In this document: one piece after another, positions 47,973-59,173 of the stretch
Layout of the letters: the number at the start of each line of letters is the position of its first letter
Numbering within the stretch: the first letter of the stretch is position 1
Source of the DNA: a virus
Lineage: Duplodnaviria; Caudoviricetes
DNA length: 64,000 bases
Direction: 5' to 3' (one strand)
IMG/VR virus record: IMGVR_UViG_3300034021_000300
Span: 30,186-94,185 of that record
The notes under the pieces: generated by a model
Seen by the model: only the letters and a program-made list of their open reading frames with translations
Databases searched by the model: none
Told to the model about the DNA's origin: nothing
Program-made: the position numbers and the translations under genes

Positions 47973-50900
47973 TGGGAGAATACATTAGAAATACATTTGA
48001 CAAAGGATTAAATAAAGACTTAAGTAAGGGTAAAACAGCAAACAATACATTACTAGAAAACTTAGGTTTTAACATAGTAACTGAACTTGGATTATCTACT
48101 TTAGCTTTAGAAACTCCAAAAGGAAACAAGTATTCTTTTGAGATACCTGATACATTTGCTATTTATAAGATTACCATACGTAGATTGCCTACAGAAGCAT
48201 CAGGATATAATTTAGACATAAACCAACAAGGTGTAGGAATAACTTTATCTACTGCAACTACAATAGATGAACTATTCTCACAAATGCAATCTTTTGTACA
48301 AGATGGTTTTAAAATACAATTAGGCTTAGATTTTATCTATGTAATAGGTACTACACAAAATCCTGTTATATCTTCTACTATGTTTAATAGTGGAGGCCCA
48401 CTTACACTAGCTTTACATATATCAGCTCAAACTGATTTAGCTATTGTAGGTTGGAAGCAAATAAGAGATTCAATAGGTATATTAACTACAAAGAAAACTA
48501 ATGTAGCTCCTTTTACAGATAGTGATGGTAACATATCACAAATATGGAAACTAGATTATAATGAAGTTACAGATACAGTAGTATCACCAAATGGTACAGC
48601 ACTAAATTGTGTAGACCATTTATACTATAATGACAGATTAAATTTATCTTTACAACATGAAATATATAGGGAAATTGAGGGAAGGTATGAAAATACACAA
48701 GCTCAAAGATTCTATTGGACGGACAATTACAATTACCCAAGGGCATTTAATTTTGCATTGGAGAACAGCTTTACAACTCCTCCTGGGTTACTAGATTGGA
48801 AAGCAGATGTAGCATTATCTGTACCTATATTAGATAGTATTATACCAAATACAGGTAATATTCCTGTAGGTAAAATAGGGTACTTTTATCAATTGCAATC
48901 TACTGATGGAGCATTATCCCCATATTCTGATATAAGTAACCTTATAATGCTTACAGATAGTACGTATGCAGAAAGTTCACAACAATATAAAGGAGCTATA
49001 TCAGGTACTAACAGTACTAAGTCAGTAAGGTTTTATATAAACAACATTGACCAAAGATACTCTATAATAAAAGTATGTTATGTAATATACCAAAATAACA
49101 ACATACCAGAGTTCTATAAATTTAATGAGTTTAACATTACTTCAAAGAAGATGTTCTTTGTACATTCAGGTAATGAATCAGACACAGCACTATCTTTAGA
49201 AGAAGTAATAAATCCTAACATACAGTTTGATACTTGTAAATCAATAACTTACAAATACAACAGACTGTATGCAGCAAATACTACTACAAAAAACTATGCA
49301 TTAGATTTTGATGCGAGAGTTTACAGATACTCAGGTAAGGCTCCATACAATTTTACAGATGAAGCTCCTCAAGTAGCTAAAGTATGGTCACAAGATGGTA
49401 GGTATAAACTTATAAATACCAGTTATAAGATATACAATGTTAATGGTACAAACATTACACCTCAAGATATTTCTGATTCAGAAGACTTAGTAAATGCTTA
49501 TAATGATGAATCAGGTACTGTATATGGGTTATTCCCAACAGGTGATGTATCTGTTTGGGATAATATCTATCAGTTTAAGTTTCAAGCAGATGGATTAACT
49601 TTAGGAGGCTCAGGGCCAAATGTAAGTTATAAGTTTGTAAAAGAAGATATGTCTTGTGATTGGGTAGTAACAGGAAGTTTAGCCCAAAACGAAGGTACAA
49701 ATGGTTCAGGCCCTGTATATTCACCACGTGGTACAGACTTTATTAATGTACCAGCAGGTAATAATACAAGTTCTGTAAACTTAGGTATAACAGGGCAAGA
49801 TTATTTACAACAAGGTTTTGCTAACTTAAAATCAAGCTCACGTGAATCTATATACCTTACTTTACAAAGAGGTGAAACATATAGAGTTGGTATAAGGACT
49901 TTAAATAAGAAAGGAGAAACTTCTTTTGTAAATTGGATGGGAGATATACGTACTCCTGAAGCTGTAGAATATAATACAGTAGACCCAAGTGCTAATCCTT
50001 TTAACTATAATCTGGCTTTAAATAATCTTACAGACAATGTAAACTATTTACAGGTTCGTAGTATAGGGTTAGAATTTACAATAAAAACTGAGAATTTACC
50101 TGATGATATTACTGCATTTCAGATAGTTTATGTAGAAAGAACTGACGAGAATAAAACTAGGTTTGGTACAGGCTTACATTTACCTGTACTACAAATGGAT
50201 ACAACCAATAACGAACTAAAAGTTAATGGTGAACTTACTAGTTCTTACGTATTAGGAGTATATAAAAACAACACAACTGTTACTTCATGGACACCTTATC
50301 CTAATCAAGAACAAGATAATGATAATGGTATTTCTTACATAAGAAGTAATTTTTGGCCTTTACAATTAGGCTCAAATAATCAACCTAACAGAATAGGGGT
50401 TATTAAATCTCCTATGGCTGATGCTCAAATACCTCTTACAAGTGCTACATTTATAAAACTACATGAAGGCTTTAGAGCTTATGAATCTCAGTACTTTGCA
50501 CAAAATCCAGGTGGAGGCTCAGGGCTATTAGATTGTTTTGGTTATTGGCTAAAATATAATTTTTCTACAATACCTTTTAAACAAATACGTAATTCTATAG
50601 AAGCACGCCAAAATGTAGGTATAGATTCCATTGTACTGCAAAGTGTAGCTTCTTCTGTTATGAACTACGATTTTCACAATGTAGTATTAAGAACGGGAAA
50701 TCTAGGAATAGATGGAGGCATATCAGGATTAGGGCAAACTTCTGAATTTATTGTTACAGGACAAATAGCTAATACAGTACAATACAACACTACTTTTAAT
50801 GGTAGTAATGTTACAGATGTAGATGCATTACCTTTTACTTCTTTTAATAATATAACTTATACTATAGACAATGAAGGCGTACCTCAGTGTAATTACAGGT

Positions 50901-52498
50901 TAATACAATATTGTACTTTTAATATAGGACAGTATGGAGGGCCTTGGAGAGCTAACAGATATAATAATGAGTATATAGCCTTTGGTAATTTTATACCTAT
51001 TAGTGCTTCAAATCCTGCAAATCAAACATTTAGACAGTTTGGAGATACTTGGATAGGAATGTACTCAAGTGTGTATTTTGCTTTTCCTTGGATAGATGAT
51101 CATGGAGTAGCAAGCAGAGGTGGGGTAGGATCAGGCTTAGGTAATATATATGTAGAAATAGATAACTACAAACAAGCTTCAGTTATATATCCTTGTGAAG
51201 CTCCTATTAATGGAGATATGAGGTATGGTAAATACTGGGCATCAGATCAAGTTAGACAACAGAATAATATAGATGATTTTGCATCATTTCAGTTTGATGA
51301 GAATTTATTTAACTTATCTTACGACCAAAAGAATAATGCAAAGAAGTTTGTGCCAGAACCTTTTAATGTAAATTTTGATGAAGAACAGCCTCATAGAGTA
51401 TGGGTTTCACAAAACAAGTTAGATAGTGAAGTAATAGACTCTTGGAGAATATTCAGGGTAAATGATTATAAAGACTTAGAAGGTACATACGGACAGATAA
51501 ATAAGATAGTAAACTTCAAAGATAGGCTTATAGCTTATCAAGATAGAGCTGTAGGTTGGGTACAATCAGAAGAAAACTCTGCACTAAGAACTACTGACAC
51601 ATTGGCAGCTCAAATAGGTACAGGTGACATATTGACTAGGTATCAATACATATCTATTGAATCAGGTTCTATACACCAACATTCTATAGTTGTAACTCCA
51701 GAATCAGTACATTCATTTGATGCAAGGATAGTAAAATATATGATCCTCCAAGAAAACCTAAGCCCTGCTTCAGATGTAGAAGGATTATCAGCTTTCTTCA
51801 GAGAGAATGTATATGGGCCTATACTACAAACAGACCAAGTACTATTAGGTATAGGTATACATGGAGTATATGATACTAAATACAATAGATGCTTTATGAC
51901 TTTCTTAAATAAGGTAGATGATGGTGCAGGTAAAATAGACAAGAAGTTTACAACTGTATACAATAGTTTATTACAGGCTTTTGAGAAACATGAACCTTTT
52001 ACTCCTAACTTATATTTGAATACAGGTAAAAGATTACTTTCAACTAACAATGCTTTAGATAAAGTATATGTACATTCGCAAGGTAATTTCCTTGAGTATT
52101 ATGGTAGTTATTATCCAGCTTCTGTTACATTCATTTGTAAGTTTCCTGATGAAACTAACTTACTTACAGCAAGGGTAGATACATTAGAGTTTTGGTCAGA
52201 AGTATTTAATAACGCTGGAGTAAACTTACCACTAGAATCAGTTACTTCAATAAAAATGGAGAATGATTATCAATCTACCTTTAATTCTTTGAACCCTTTA
52301 ACAGATTCTACGTTAAAGCGAAGAGAAAGAACTTGGAGAGTATCTCATATAAAGGATTACACTCCTCCTTATAACAATGTAAAGATAAAACCATATCTAC
52401 GTGATAAGTATGTTAAAGTAACACTTACATTTAACAATCCTCAACATAGATTAGTTTTACATGATATTAATACACAAATTACTAAATCTTACCATTAA
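47972..52498 (+). CDS. tail stabilisation / muzzle protein
   Basis: 1508 aa; NTFDKGLNKD, YWTDNYN.PR, RGETYR.GI, IDSWR.F..NDY.DL.G.YG.I. Confidence 0.8.
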   Translation: MGEYIRNTFDKGLNKDLSKGKTANNTLLENLGFNIVTELGLSTLALETPKGNKYSFEIPDTFAIYKITIRRLPTEASGYNLDINQQGVGITLSTATTIDELFSQMQSFVQDGFKIQLGLDFIYVIGTTQNPVISSTMFNSGGPLTLALHISAQTDLAIVGWKQIRDSIGILTTKKTNVAPFTDSDGNISQIWKLDYNEVTDTVVSPNGTALNCVDHLYYNDRLNLSLQHEIYREIEGRYENTQAQRFYWTDNYNYPRAFNFALENSFTTPPGLLDWKADVALSVPILDSIIPNTGNIPVGKIGYFYQLQSTDGALSPYSDISNLIMLTDSTYAESSQQYKGAISGTNSTKSVRFYINNIDQRYSIIKVCYVIYQNNNIPEFYKFNEFNITSKKMFFVHSGNESDTALSLEEVINPNIQFDTCKSITYKYNRLYAANTTTKNYALDFDARVYRYSGKAPYNFTDEAPQVAKVWSQDGRYKLINTSYKIYNVNGTNITPQDISDSEDLVNAYNDESGTVYGLFPTGDVSVWDNIYQFKFQADGLTLGGSGPNVSYKFVKEDMSCDWVVTGSLAQNEGTNGSGPVYSPRGTDFINVPAGNNTSSVNLGITGQDYLQQGFANLKSSSRESIYLTLQRGETYRVGIRTLNKKGETSFVNWMGDIRTPEAVEYNTVDPSANPFNYNLALNNLTDNVNYLQVRSIGLEFTIKTENLPDDITAFQIVYVERTDENKTRFGTGLHLPVLQMDTTNNELKVNGELTSSYVLGVYKNNTTVTSWTPYPNQEQDNDNGISYIRSNFWPLQLGSNNQPNRIGVIKSPMADAQIPLTSATFIKLHEGFRAYESQYFAQNPGGGSGLLDCFGYWLKYNFSTIPFKQIRNSIEARQNVGIDSIVLQSVASSVMNYDFHNVVLRTGNLGIDGGISGLGQTSEFIVTGQIANTVQYNTTFNGSNVTDVDALPFTSFNNITYTIDNEGVPQCNYRLIQYCTFNIGQYGGPWRANRYNNEYIAFGNFIPISASNPANQTFRQFGDTWIGMYSSVYFAFPWIDDHGVASRGGVGSGLGNIYVEIDNYKQASVIYPCEAPINGDMRYGKYWASDQVRQQNNIDDFASFQFDENLFNLSYDQKNNAKKFVPEPFNVNFDEEQPHRVWVSQNKLDSEVIDSWRIFRVNDYKDLEGTYGQINKIVNFKDRLIAYQDRAVGWVQSEENSALRTTDTLAAQIGTGDILTRYQYISIESGSIHQHSIVVTPESVHSFDARIVKYMILQENLSPASDVEGLSAFFRENVYGPILQTDQVLLGIGIHGVYDTKYNRCFMTFLNKVDDGAGKIDKKFTTVYNSLLQAFEKHEPFTPNLYLNTGKRLLSTNNALDKVYVHSQGNFLEYYGSYYPASVTFICKFPDETNLLTARVDTLEFWSEVFNNAGVNLPLESVTSIKMENDYQSTFNSLNPLTDSTLKRRERTWRVSHIKDYTPPYNNVKIKPYLRDKYVKVTLTFNNPQHRLVLHDINTQITKSYH

Positions 52499-53454
52499 TG
52501 GGAAAGTATACTAAAATAAAAGCTGATGGTGGGCCAATAAAAGGTAAAAAGAAACCTGCTATTAAAGTTAGTGATCCTACTAACCTTAATTTACATGCTT
52601 ATTTAGATAGCTCAAATTTACATAATGCTTACTTAGAGCAACTAAAATATAACCCGCCAGTAGCTCCAAAAGATTTAACTGCCCTTGATATTGATTATAA
52701 AAATAGATTTAAAAATAAAACAAAAAATGAACAATTAATTTCGTTTAGTCCAAAAAAGGGTATGGTTAGCCCGTATAAATCTAAAAGCGAGTATTTAAAA
52801 GCAAATCCTGCGGAAGCTCCTTTAATAGATGCTTATGAAAATTTAAACTTTAAAGGAAAAACTCAAACAGGCTATTGGACAACTCCTGACTTATCTCACG
52901 AAAGTATAGCACCAATTGATGTTTATACAGGAGAAGTCTTAGTAAAAGGAAAACCAAGGCATGGGGGAAATCCCGTATGGGCAGAACCTACTCAACCTTA
53001 TGAGTATACTGGAGATATTAATGACGTATTAAAATATAGAAGTAGCCCCACTGTATATGGAATAAGTGCCTCCCCACGTCAAGAGAAACTAAACATACCT
53101 TCTGTACAGTATAACCCTAAAGACAATAATCCGTATAATAAATATGTTGTAAATAGATACTTACCTACTCCTCAATCTCCAGTTAATCCTTTACCATACG
53201 ATGATATTCAGTTATATTCTGGACACCAAAACAGAGATAATCAAGGTCTATCTGTAGGTTATGTAATGGAAGATGGTAAGAGGAGAGATATAATGGCAGA
53301 TGAATATAATGCAATTATGGGTAGCTCTGTACAAGGAGGTACTAAACTAGAAAATACTGATTATGCTATGGGTGGAATGATTAAACGTAAAGATGGCTCA
53401 TATTCTAAACGGGGCTTGTGGGATTTAGAAGATGAATGGGAAATAATTGAATAA
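52498..53454 (+). CDS. putative cargo (ejected) protein, upstream part
   Basis: position after the muzzle gene; KADGG and YAMGG motifs. Confidence 0.6.
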   Translation: MGKYTKIKADGGPIKGKKKPAIKVSDPTNLNLHAYLDSSNLHNAYLEQLKYNPPVAPKDLTALDIDYKNRFKNKTKNEQLISFSPKKGMVSPYKSKSEYLKANPAEAPLIDAYENLNFKGKTQTGYWTTPDLSHESIAPIDVYTGEVLVKGKPRHGGNPVWAEPTQPYEYTGDINDVLKYRSSPTVYGISASPRQEKLNIPSVQYNPKDNNPYNKYVVNRYLPTPQSPVNPLPYDDIQLYSGHQNRDNQGLSVGYVMEDGKRRDIMADEYNAIMGSSVQGGTKLENTDYAMGGMIKRKDGSYSKRGLWDLEDEWEIIE

Positions 53455-53469
53455 TTAAATATTTTACAA

Positions 53470-54093
53470 ATGGTTTTAAACATAAGTACTGAGGATAAAA
53501 TTAAATACTTTAAAAATAAAAGTAAAGGTGCATTAATATATAAAATAAAAAACTTACTTAATGGGGATTTTTATATAGGAAGTACACAAAACCTTGTTAA
53601 AAGATACTATACACACCTCTATGATATGCGTAAAAATAGAAACACTTGTGTAAAATTAGTAAGAGCAGTAAATAAGTATGGTGAAGAAAACTTTAGTTTT
53701 GAAATAATTGAAAAATGTAATATTGATAATATATTAATTTGTGAGCAACATTATTTAGATACTTTAACCCCTAAATATAACATCAGTAAAAAGGCTGGAA
53801 GTAATTTAGGAGTAAAAAGAAGCGAAGAAGTAAAACTCAAAAAGTCTATTTCGCAAAAAGAAAAGTGGGGTAGCGAAGAGTATAGAAATAATCATTTAAA
53901 AGAATTATCAAAAAATTGGAAAAAAGGTTCTTCTCATAAAATGGCAAAAATTACAGAAGAAGATGTTAAAAAAATAAAGTTAAAAATAAAAGAAGGGATT
54001 TCTGCAAAACAAATCTCAGACTGTTTAAATTTAAGCTACTACTCTGTAAAAGATATAAAAAGAGGTAAAACTTGGAAACATGTTGAAATATAA
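53470..54093 (+). mobile_element. free-standing GIY-YIG homing endonuclease (NUMOD3 plus C-terminal HTH)
   Basis: LIYKIKNLLNGDFYIGST..R...H, E..Y.D...P.YN, GVKRSEEVKLKKS, KRGKTWKHV; more AT-rich than its flanks. Confidence 0.9.
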
Positions 54094-54105
54094 ACTAGAT
54101 CAGCT

Positions 54106-56886
54106 ATGAAAATAAGAAATAAAAGAACGGGAGAAGTTAGAGAAATTTCTACAGATGAACTTGATCAATATGGGTTAGGTGGTAAGTTAAATAAACTAGG
54201 AGTAAAAAATTCTCTTTGGAATAACATAAGAGCTAACAAAGGTTCAGGTAAAGAACCTACTAAAGAGATGCTTAAACAAGAACGTAAAATTAAAGCTAAG
54301 TATGCAGATGGTGGCCCAATTAATCCTTTAGAAGGAGATTTAATTTCTAAAGTTATTATGAACAGAAATAGAGATAAAGATTTTGTTCAAAGAGCTTATG
54401 CTGTAGGAGATTATCCCAACTCTAATATGTTTACTTCACCTGATCCTGATAACTTTGGTTCTACAATGAGCCATAAAATGGAATATGGAGAAGATGATAA
54501 AGGACAAACATATATGTATCCTTCTGTAATGAATCCTAAAAATGAAGATATAAAAATTCCTAAACAGTATGCAGACTATATATCTTCTGTAGGTTATAAA
54601 AAAGCTACAGGAATGCCTTATGCAATGGGCGGTAGAATGAACCAAGCTCAACAGCTTAATCAAGGTAAAATGAGAATGGGTAGTGATGCTCCTGATGGCT
54701 CAGTATGGAAAGATATAGGTGCAGGTGCTTTTGGTGTACTAGAAGGTACATTAGATACTTTAAGTATGGGTGCTACAGATAAACTTACTGATGCAGCATA
54801 CAAAGGATTACAGAAGATAGGTGGTTCTGATGCTTCTCAAGTGAGACAGCAAGATATGATTCATGGCTTTGGTAATATAGGAGGAGCTGCAATAGGTGCA
54901 GCAGTAAATCCTGCAAGTGGTATGACTGCTATAAGCCAAGGAGTTAAAGGCTTAGGTCAAGGCGTAGGAAATATAAATGAAAATACACAAGGAATAGGTA
55001 ATGCTATTTCTGGATTAAGTAGTTTAACAGGTTTAATACCTTCAGGTGGAGGTAACATAGGCAGTAATGGAGAACAAGAAATGGCAAATATGGCAGCAAG
55101 TATGAAAATGGCACAAGGTGGGCTAATGCACATCAATGAAGGTGGTACACACGAACAAAATGCTTTAGGCGGTGTACCTATAGGCCCTAATGCTTTAGTA
55201 GAGCAGGGTGAAACTATAAATAATGACTTTGTATTTTCTGATAGGTTAAAACCTAAAGGAAGTAAAAAGACTTATGCACAACTATCTAAATCTGTAGACA
55301 CTAAATACAGGTTACGTCCTGATGATAAACTTTCTAAAGAAGCTAAACAGATGGATTTAGATAGGTTAGCTATGCAACAAGAAGCTCAAAAAGATGAAAT
55401 GTCTACTAAGTATATGCAGAAAGCAATGGCTTGTGGTGGAAAGATTATGTCTAATGGTGGAAGTTTTATGGGCCCCATAAGCCAATCTATGAATGTTACT
55501 AATGGTCAGAATACTCTGTTAGCTATGGGTGGAAATCTTCCTAACTATGATTATGGAGATGATGGAAACATAAGAAGAAGTCCATATAATAATATAGTTA
55601 ATGCTGTAGATAATGGAATTAACAATGTTAATTACCAACCTAGCAATGATGTAATATTTAATGAACGTATGAAAAGAGAGGGTTTTAACCCTACTTTAGA
55701 AGATTATAATAAAGTTGTATTAAGGCAACAACAAGCAGCTTATGGTGGTAGCTTGATGAGTAACTTTATGGAACAACCTCCTGTATATCAAAATCCTGCT
55801 AATCAATATGCAATGGGTGGTAATATGTATGCTTTAGGAGGATTACCTGATGATCCACTGCCTTATGGACAAGTTACAGATGACCCTAATGCTTATGATG
55901 CTACTTACGATTTGGCTAAAAAGGGCTCATTGCTAAATGCAAATATATTTGATGTAGATTTTCCTTATGAGGTTGGAATGAAAGGAGGTTCATATTATAA
56001 AGATGGTCGAGTTAAAACTTATCCAGATTATAAAGTTACTGGCGTAATACTTCCTCCAGATTACTCAAAGGCAGTTCCCCCTATATTAACATCAGAAGAT
56101 GTAAAAGAACCTATTAAAACAAATAGGTATATGACTCCATATAATCAAGGTGCTTTAGATAAAATGAATCAAAGAAAAAATCCATTTTTAACAGATCGCT
56201 CTCCTCTTAATATACAGTCAATACCTTATTATACTCCTAATACTCAAGTTACAGGCAGAGATGAACAGCCTTATAGTTCAGGAGAAAATGATTTAACTAG
56301 CCAAAATCCATACCCAGAAGTTGGAAATACAGGATATTTAACTAACTTAGCAGGAAATTTAGTTAAAGCAGGTATGGTAGCTACAAGTAAACCTCCTATA
56401 TATAACCCTTCAGTTAAGTTTGGCAGAATGAATGCTAACCCTGCTGAGAGATTGGCTATGCAAGAAGGACGTAGAGAAATACAAGGTACTAAAGACATTA
56501 TAAGGAATAATGCTACATCTTCAGGTCAATACCTAACTAATGCTTCACTTATGGGTAGTAATGCAGCTAATAAGCTAGCAGGTACTATTGGGGGTATTAG
56601 ACAACAATACGATACACAAAATGTAGGTATAGGTAATCAAGAAGCTCAATTAAACCAACAAATAACTGCTGCTAATAACTTAGCTAAAGAAACCTTTAGA
56701 GATAACAGATTAAACCAATACAATAAGATATTAGATAGTGTAATAGGTGCTAACCAACAAAGGTTTGCAACTGATGTACATGCTAATAAATATCAGAATC
56801 AAGTACTTGATTTACTTAAATCAGGAGATTATCAAATAGGCTTTGATGCTAACGGTAAATTAACAATAGTTCCTACTACAAAGTAA
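54106..56886 (+). CDS. putative cargo protein with Phi-A-x-GG repeats and Gly-rich hydrophobic helices
   Basis: GGTHEQN..GGV.IG..ALVE.GET....VFSDRL domain; ten GG motifs; Q/N-rich C-terminus. Confidence 0.7.
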   Translation: MKIRNKRTGEVREISTDELDQYGLGGKLNKLGVKNSLWNNIRANKGSGKEPTKEMLKQERKIKAKYADGGPINPLEGDLISKVIMNRNRDKDFVQRAYAVGDYPNSNMFTSPDPDNFGSTMSHKMEYGEDDKGQTYMYPSVMNPKNEDIKIPKQYADYISSVGYKKATGMPYAMGGRMNQAQQLNQGKMRMGSDAPDGSVWKDIGAGAFGVLEGTLDTLSMGATDKLTDAAYKGLQKIGGSDASQVRQQDMIHGFGNIGGAAIGAAVNPASGMTAISQGVKGLGQGVGNINENTQGIGNAISGLSSLTGLIPSGGGNIGSNGEQEMANMAASMKMAQGGLMHINEGGTHEQNALGGVPIGPNALVEQGETINNDFVFSDRLKPKGSKKTYAQLSKSVDTKYRLRPDDKLSKEAKQMDLDRLAMQQEAQKDEMSTKYMQKAMACGGKIMSNGGSFMGPISQSMNVTNGQNTLLAMGGNLPNYDYGDDGNIRRSPYNNIVNAVDNGINNVNYQPSNDVIFNERMKREGFNPTLEDYNKVVLRQQQAAYGGSLMSNFMEQPPVYQNPANQYAMGGNMYALGGLPDDPLPYGQVTDDPNAYDATYDLAKKGSLLNANIFDVDFPYEVGMKGGSYYKDGRVKTYPDYKVTGVILPPDYSKAVPPILTSEDVKEPIKTNRYMTPYNQGALDKMNQRKNPFLTDRSPLNIQSIPYYTPNTQVTGRDEQPYSSGENDLTSQNPYPEVGNTGYLTNLAGNLVKAGMVATSKPPIYNPSVKFGRMNANPAERLAMQEGRREIQGTKDIIRNNATSSGQYLTNASLMGSNAANKLAGTIGGIRQQYDTQNVGIGNQEAQLNQQITAANNLAKETFRDNRLNQYNKILDSVIGANQQRFATDVHANKYQNQVLDLLKSGDYQIGFDANGKLTIVPTTK

Positions 56887-56887
56887 C

Positions 56888-59167
56888 ATGGGCAGATTTA
56901 TAGATATTACAGGTGCTCCTATAGCATCAGATTTTCAGGAAATGCCTTTGGATTTTATGGCTAAGGCATTAGACGTTAAACAAAAGTCTTTAGATACATT
57001 CAGAAGTGATGCTGATAAAGGATTACCTGTAGATGTAGGATTAAGGACTGAATGGGTTAAGAAGTATGCTGATGAAACCTATACTCCTGAATTAGAGAAA
57101 ATAGCTAAAAATGCTGTAGCAAATCCACAAGGAGCTTCTAGGGAATTAACTAGCTTACGTACTAAGATGGCTAAAGATCCTTTTATAGCTAAAGCTAAAC
57201 TAGATGCAGCTGCAAGAGATTTTGTAAATAAAAATGAATATACTTTAAAACAAGCGGGAAAGCCTGTTTATGGTTATAGAGATGCCCAAGGTAATGTTAT
57301 GCAAATGTCAAAAGAAGATCTTTTAAATAAAGATTTTGATTTAGGTACTTGGTATAAAAGTATGGGCTTTTCAGACTATATTAAACCAGGAATGGAATAT
57401 CTTGATAAAGCACCTGAAATGAAGTATATGTTACAAACAGATAAAGGATTAACTTTAGCAGCACTAGGTCAAATTCCTTTTTACAGAACAGGTAAAGGCG
57501 TTAGTAATGTACATAAACAAACTATAGAAAATATGCTCCCAACAATAACTATGTTGGAAAATATGTATTTAGATAATCCATCTGCATTTGCACAGCGTTG
57601 GAGAGTAGATCAAGGTATTGAAGATTTAGACCATAACAAACTTGTAAATGATGTAGAAGCTAGAAATAGAGCTACTAATTTTATAACAGAGTTAGCTAAA
57701 ACTAAAGTATTTGATAATACAAGTAATGTTACAGATTATGATTATGGGCAACTATCTATTCCAAAAGGAGGTAGTGGAGATGGAGATGAAAAACCTACAA
57801 CTCCCCCTAAAGTAGGAGAAGCAGGTAGTACCCCTGAGCAATATGTTAAAGAGCAATATGATAGAATTTCAGCAACAAATAAAGATCAGATTAAAAAAGA
57901 TCTTACAATGAGAGTTGCTAAAATAATAGGAGATCCTTCTATAAATAGAAATGATAAAACGTTGCAAGCAGAGTTTAAAAAGATTTCAAAACCTGATGGT
58001 AGTATAGATCCAGATAAATTGGTAAACTATGATTTAAGTAGATTAAATCCATATCTTGCAGGTAATTCTACTTTAGCACAATCTATGGGAGATTTATACA
58101 CGCTTCAGTCTGATTACTCTACTTTACAGCAGGTAGATGATGAAGCAGATGTAATTGCTAAAAATAAAAGTGGCTATACAGATACTAAGTATAAAAGTAT
58201 TTCTGATTATACCCCACTGTTTACAGAAAACACCTCAGTAACTGGAAAACCTACAATTATAATAGACGATAACGGAACTATTTATCAAGATTATAGCGGT
58301 CTTACTAAACATAGTAATGGAGAGATATTAGCCCCAGGATTAACTAAACCCGATAAAATATTAGGAACTTTGCCCAAAGATAAAATTAAGTTAGCTCAAG
58401 AATATTTAAAAGACCAAGAAACTAACACTAAACTAAAAAATTATAAAACGTATAAAAAAGAAGAATCAGAAAAACTTCTTAAATCTGCTTTAGAGAAACA
58501 ATCTAAAGTCAAATACCTAGATTTTAATAATTCTAAAGATCAAACAGAATTTGATGGAGATGTTCAAAGCGCCATAATAGTTGCCATGAATACTAGCGCA
58601 GATGATGCTGGAAACTTTACTAATTGGAGAACAGGAAAAAAACAAAAATTACCTGTAAATGTAGATTTTGATAAAAGTAAATACAGAGGTCATATTAAAA
58701 CTCCTGATGGTACATATAAAACCTTATTTTCTGTGTACAATACAGAAGGTAAAGAGCTTGGTGTATACACATTAGATAAAACTCCTGATATGTTAACTTC
58801 TCAATATGTGCAAGGCTCTATAGACCCCACAACTGGAATTAATTATGAAGATGTATTTGATGATATTTCTACCTCATTTAGTGAGCAATCTAAAGATTCA
58901 AGTAAACCTGAATCTACTTTATTAGATAAAGATACTAGACCTGTAGGATATACTAAATCTATTTTACATAATAATAGGCAAGTAGCTACAATGAGAATAG
59001 ATAATGTCAATCAAAGAGTATACACTTTGACTCCAGATATTATTGCTAAGTATAATAAATTACCTCCATATTATAAAATAGCAGGTAAAGACACAGTATC
59101 TAATACAGATGCATTTAATATTGACGATGTTAGTAAAATTGTAACTTTAGCTTTGACAAACCAATAA
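56888..59167 (+). CDS. putative cargo protein
   Basis: synteny before the giant gene; N-terminal F.EMP.DFM...L..KQ. Confidence 0.6.
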   Translation: MGRFIDITGAPIASDFQEMPLDFMAKALDVKQKSLDTFRSDADKGLPVDVGLRTEWVKKYADETYTPELEKIAKNAVANPQGASRELTSLRTKMAKDPFIAKAKLDAAARDFVNKNEYTLKQAGKPVYGYRDAQGNVMQMSKEDLLNKDFDLGTWYKSMGFSDYIKPGMEYLDKAPEMKYMLQTDKGLTLAALGQIPFYRTGKGVSNVHKQTIENMLPTITMLENMYLDNPSAFAQRWRVDQGIEDLDHNKLVNDVEARNRATNFITELAKTKVFDNTSNVTDYDYGQLSIPKGGSGDGDEKPTTPPKVGEAGSTPEQYVKEQYDRISATNKDQIKKDLTMRVAKIIGDPSINRNDKTLQAEFKKISKPDGSIDPDKLVNYDLSRLNPYLAGNSTLAQSMGDLYTLQSDYSTLQQVDDEADVIAKNKSGYTDTKYKSISDYTPLFTENTSVTGKPTIIIDDNGTIYQDYSGLTKHSNGEILAPGLTKPDKILGTLPKDKIKLAQEYLKDQETNTKLKNYKTYKKEESEKLLKSALEKQSKVKYLDFNNSKDQTEFDGDVQSAIIVAMNTSADDAGNFTNWRTGKKQKLPVNVDFDKSKYRGHIKTPDGTYKTLFSVYNTEGKELGVYTLDKTPDMLTSQYVQGSIDPTTGINYEDVFDDISTSFSEQSKDSSKPESTLLDKDTRPVGYTKSILHNNRQVATMRIDNVNQRVYTLTPDIIAKYNKLPPYYKIAGKDTVSNTDAFNIDDVSKIVTLALTNQ

Positions 59168-59173
59168 AATAAT

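Noticed and set aside
53425-54222. Group I intron around the GIY-YIG gene
   Set aside because: Almost no non-coding sequence for a catalytic core and no terminal G at the in-frame junction; both flanks have their own stop and start
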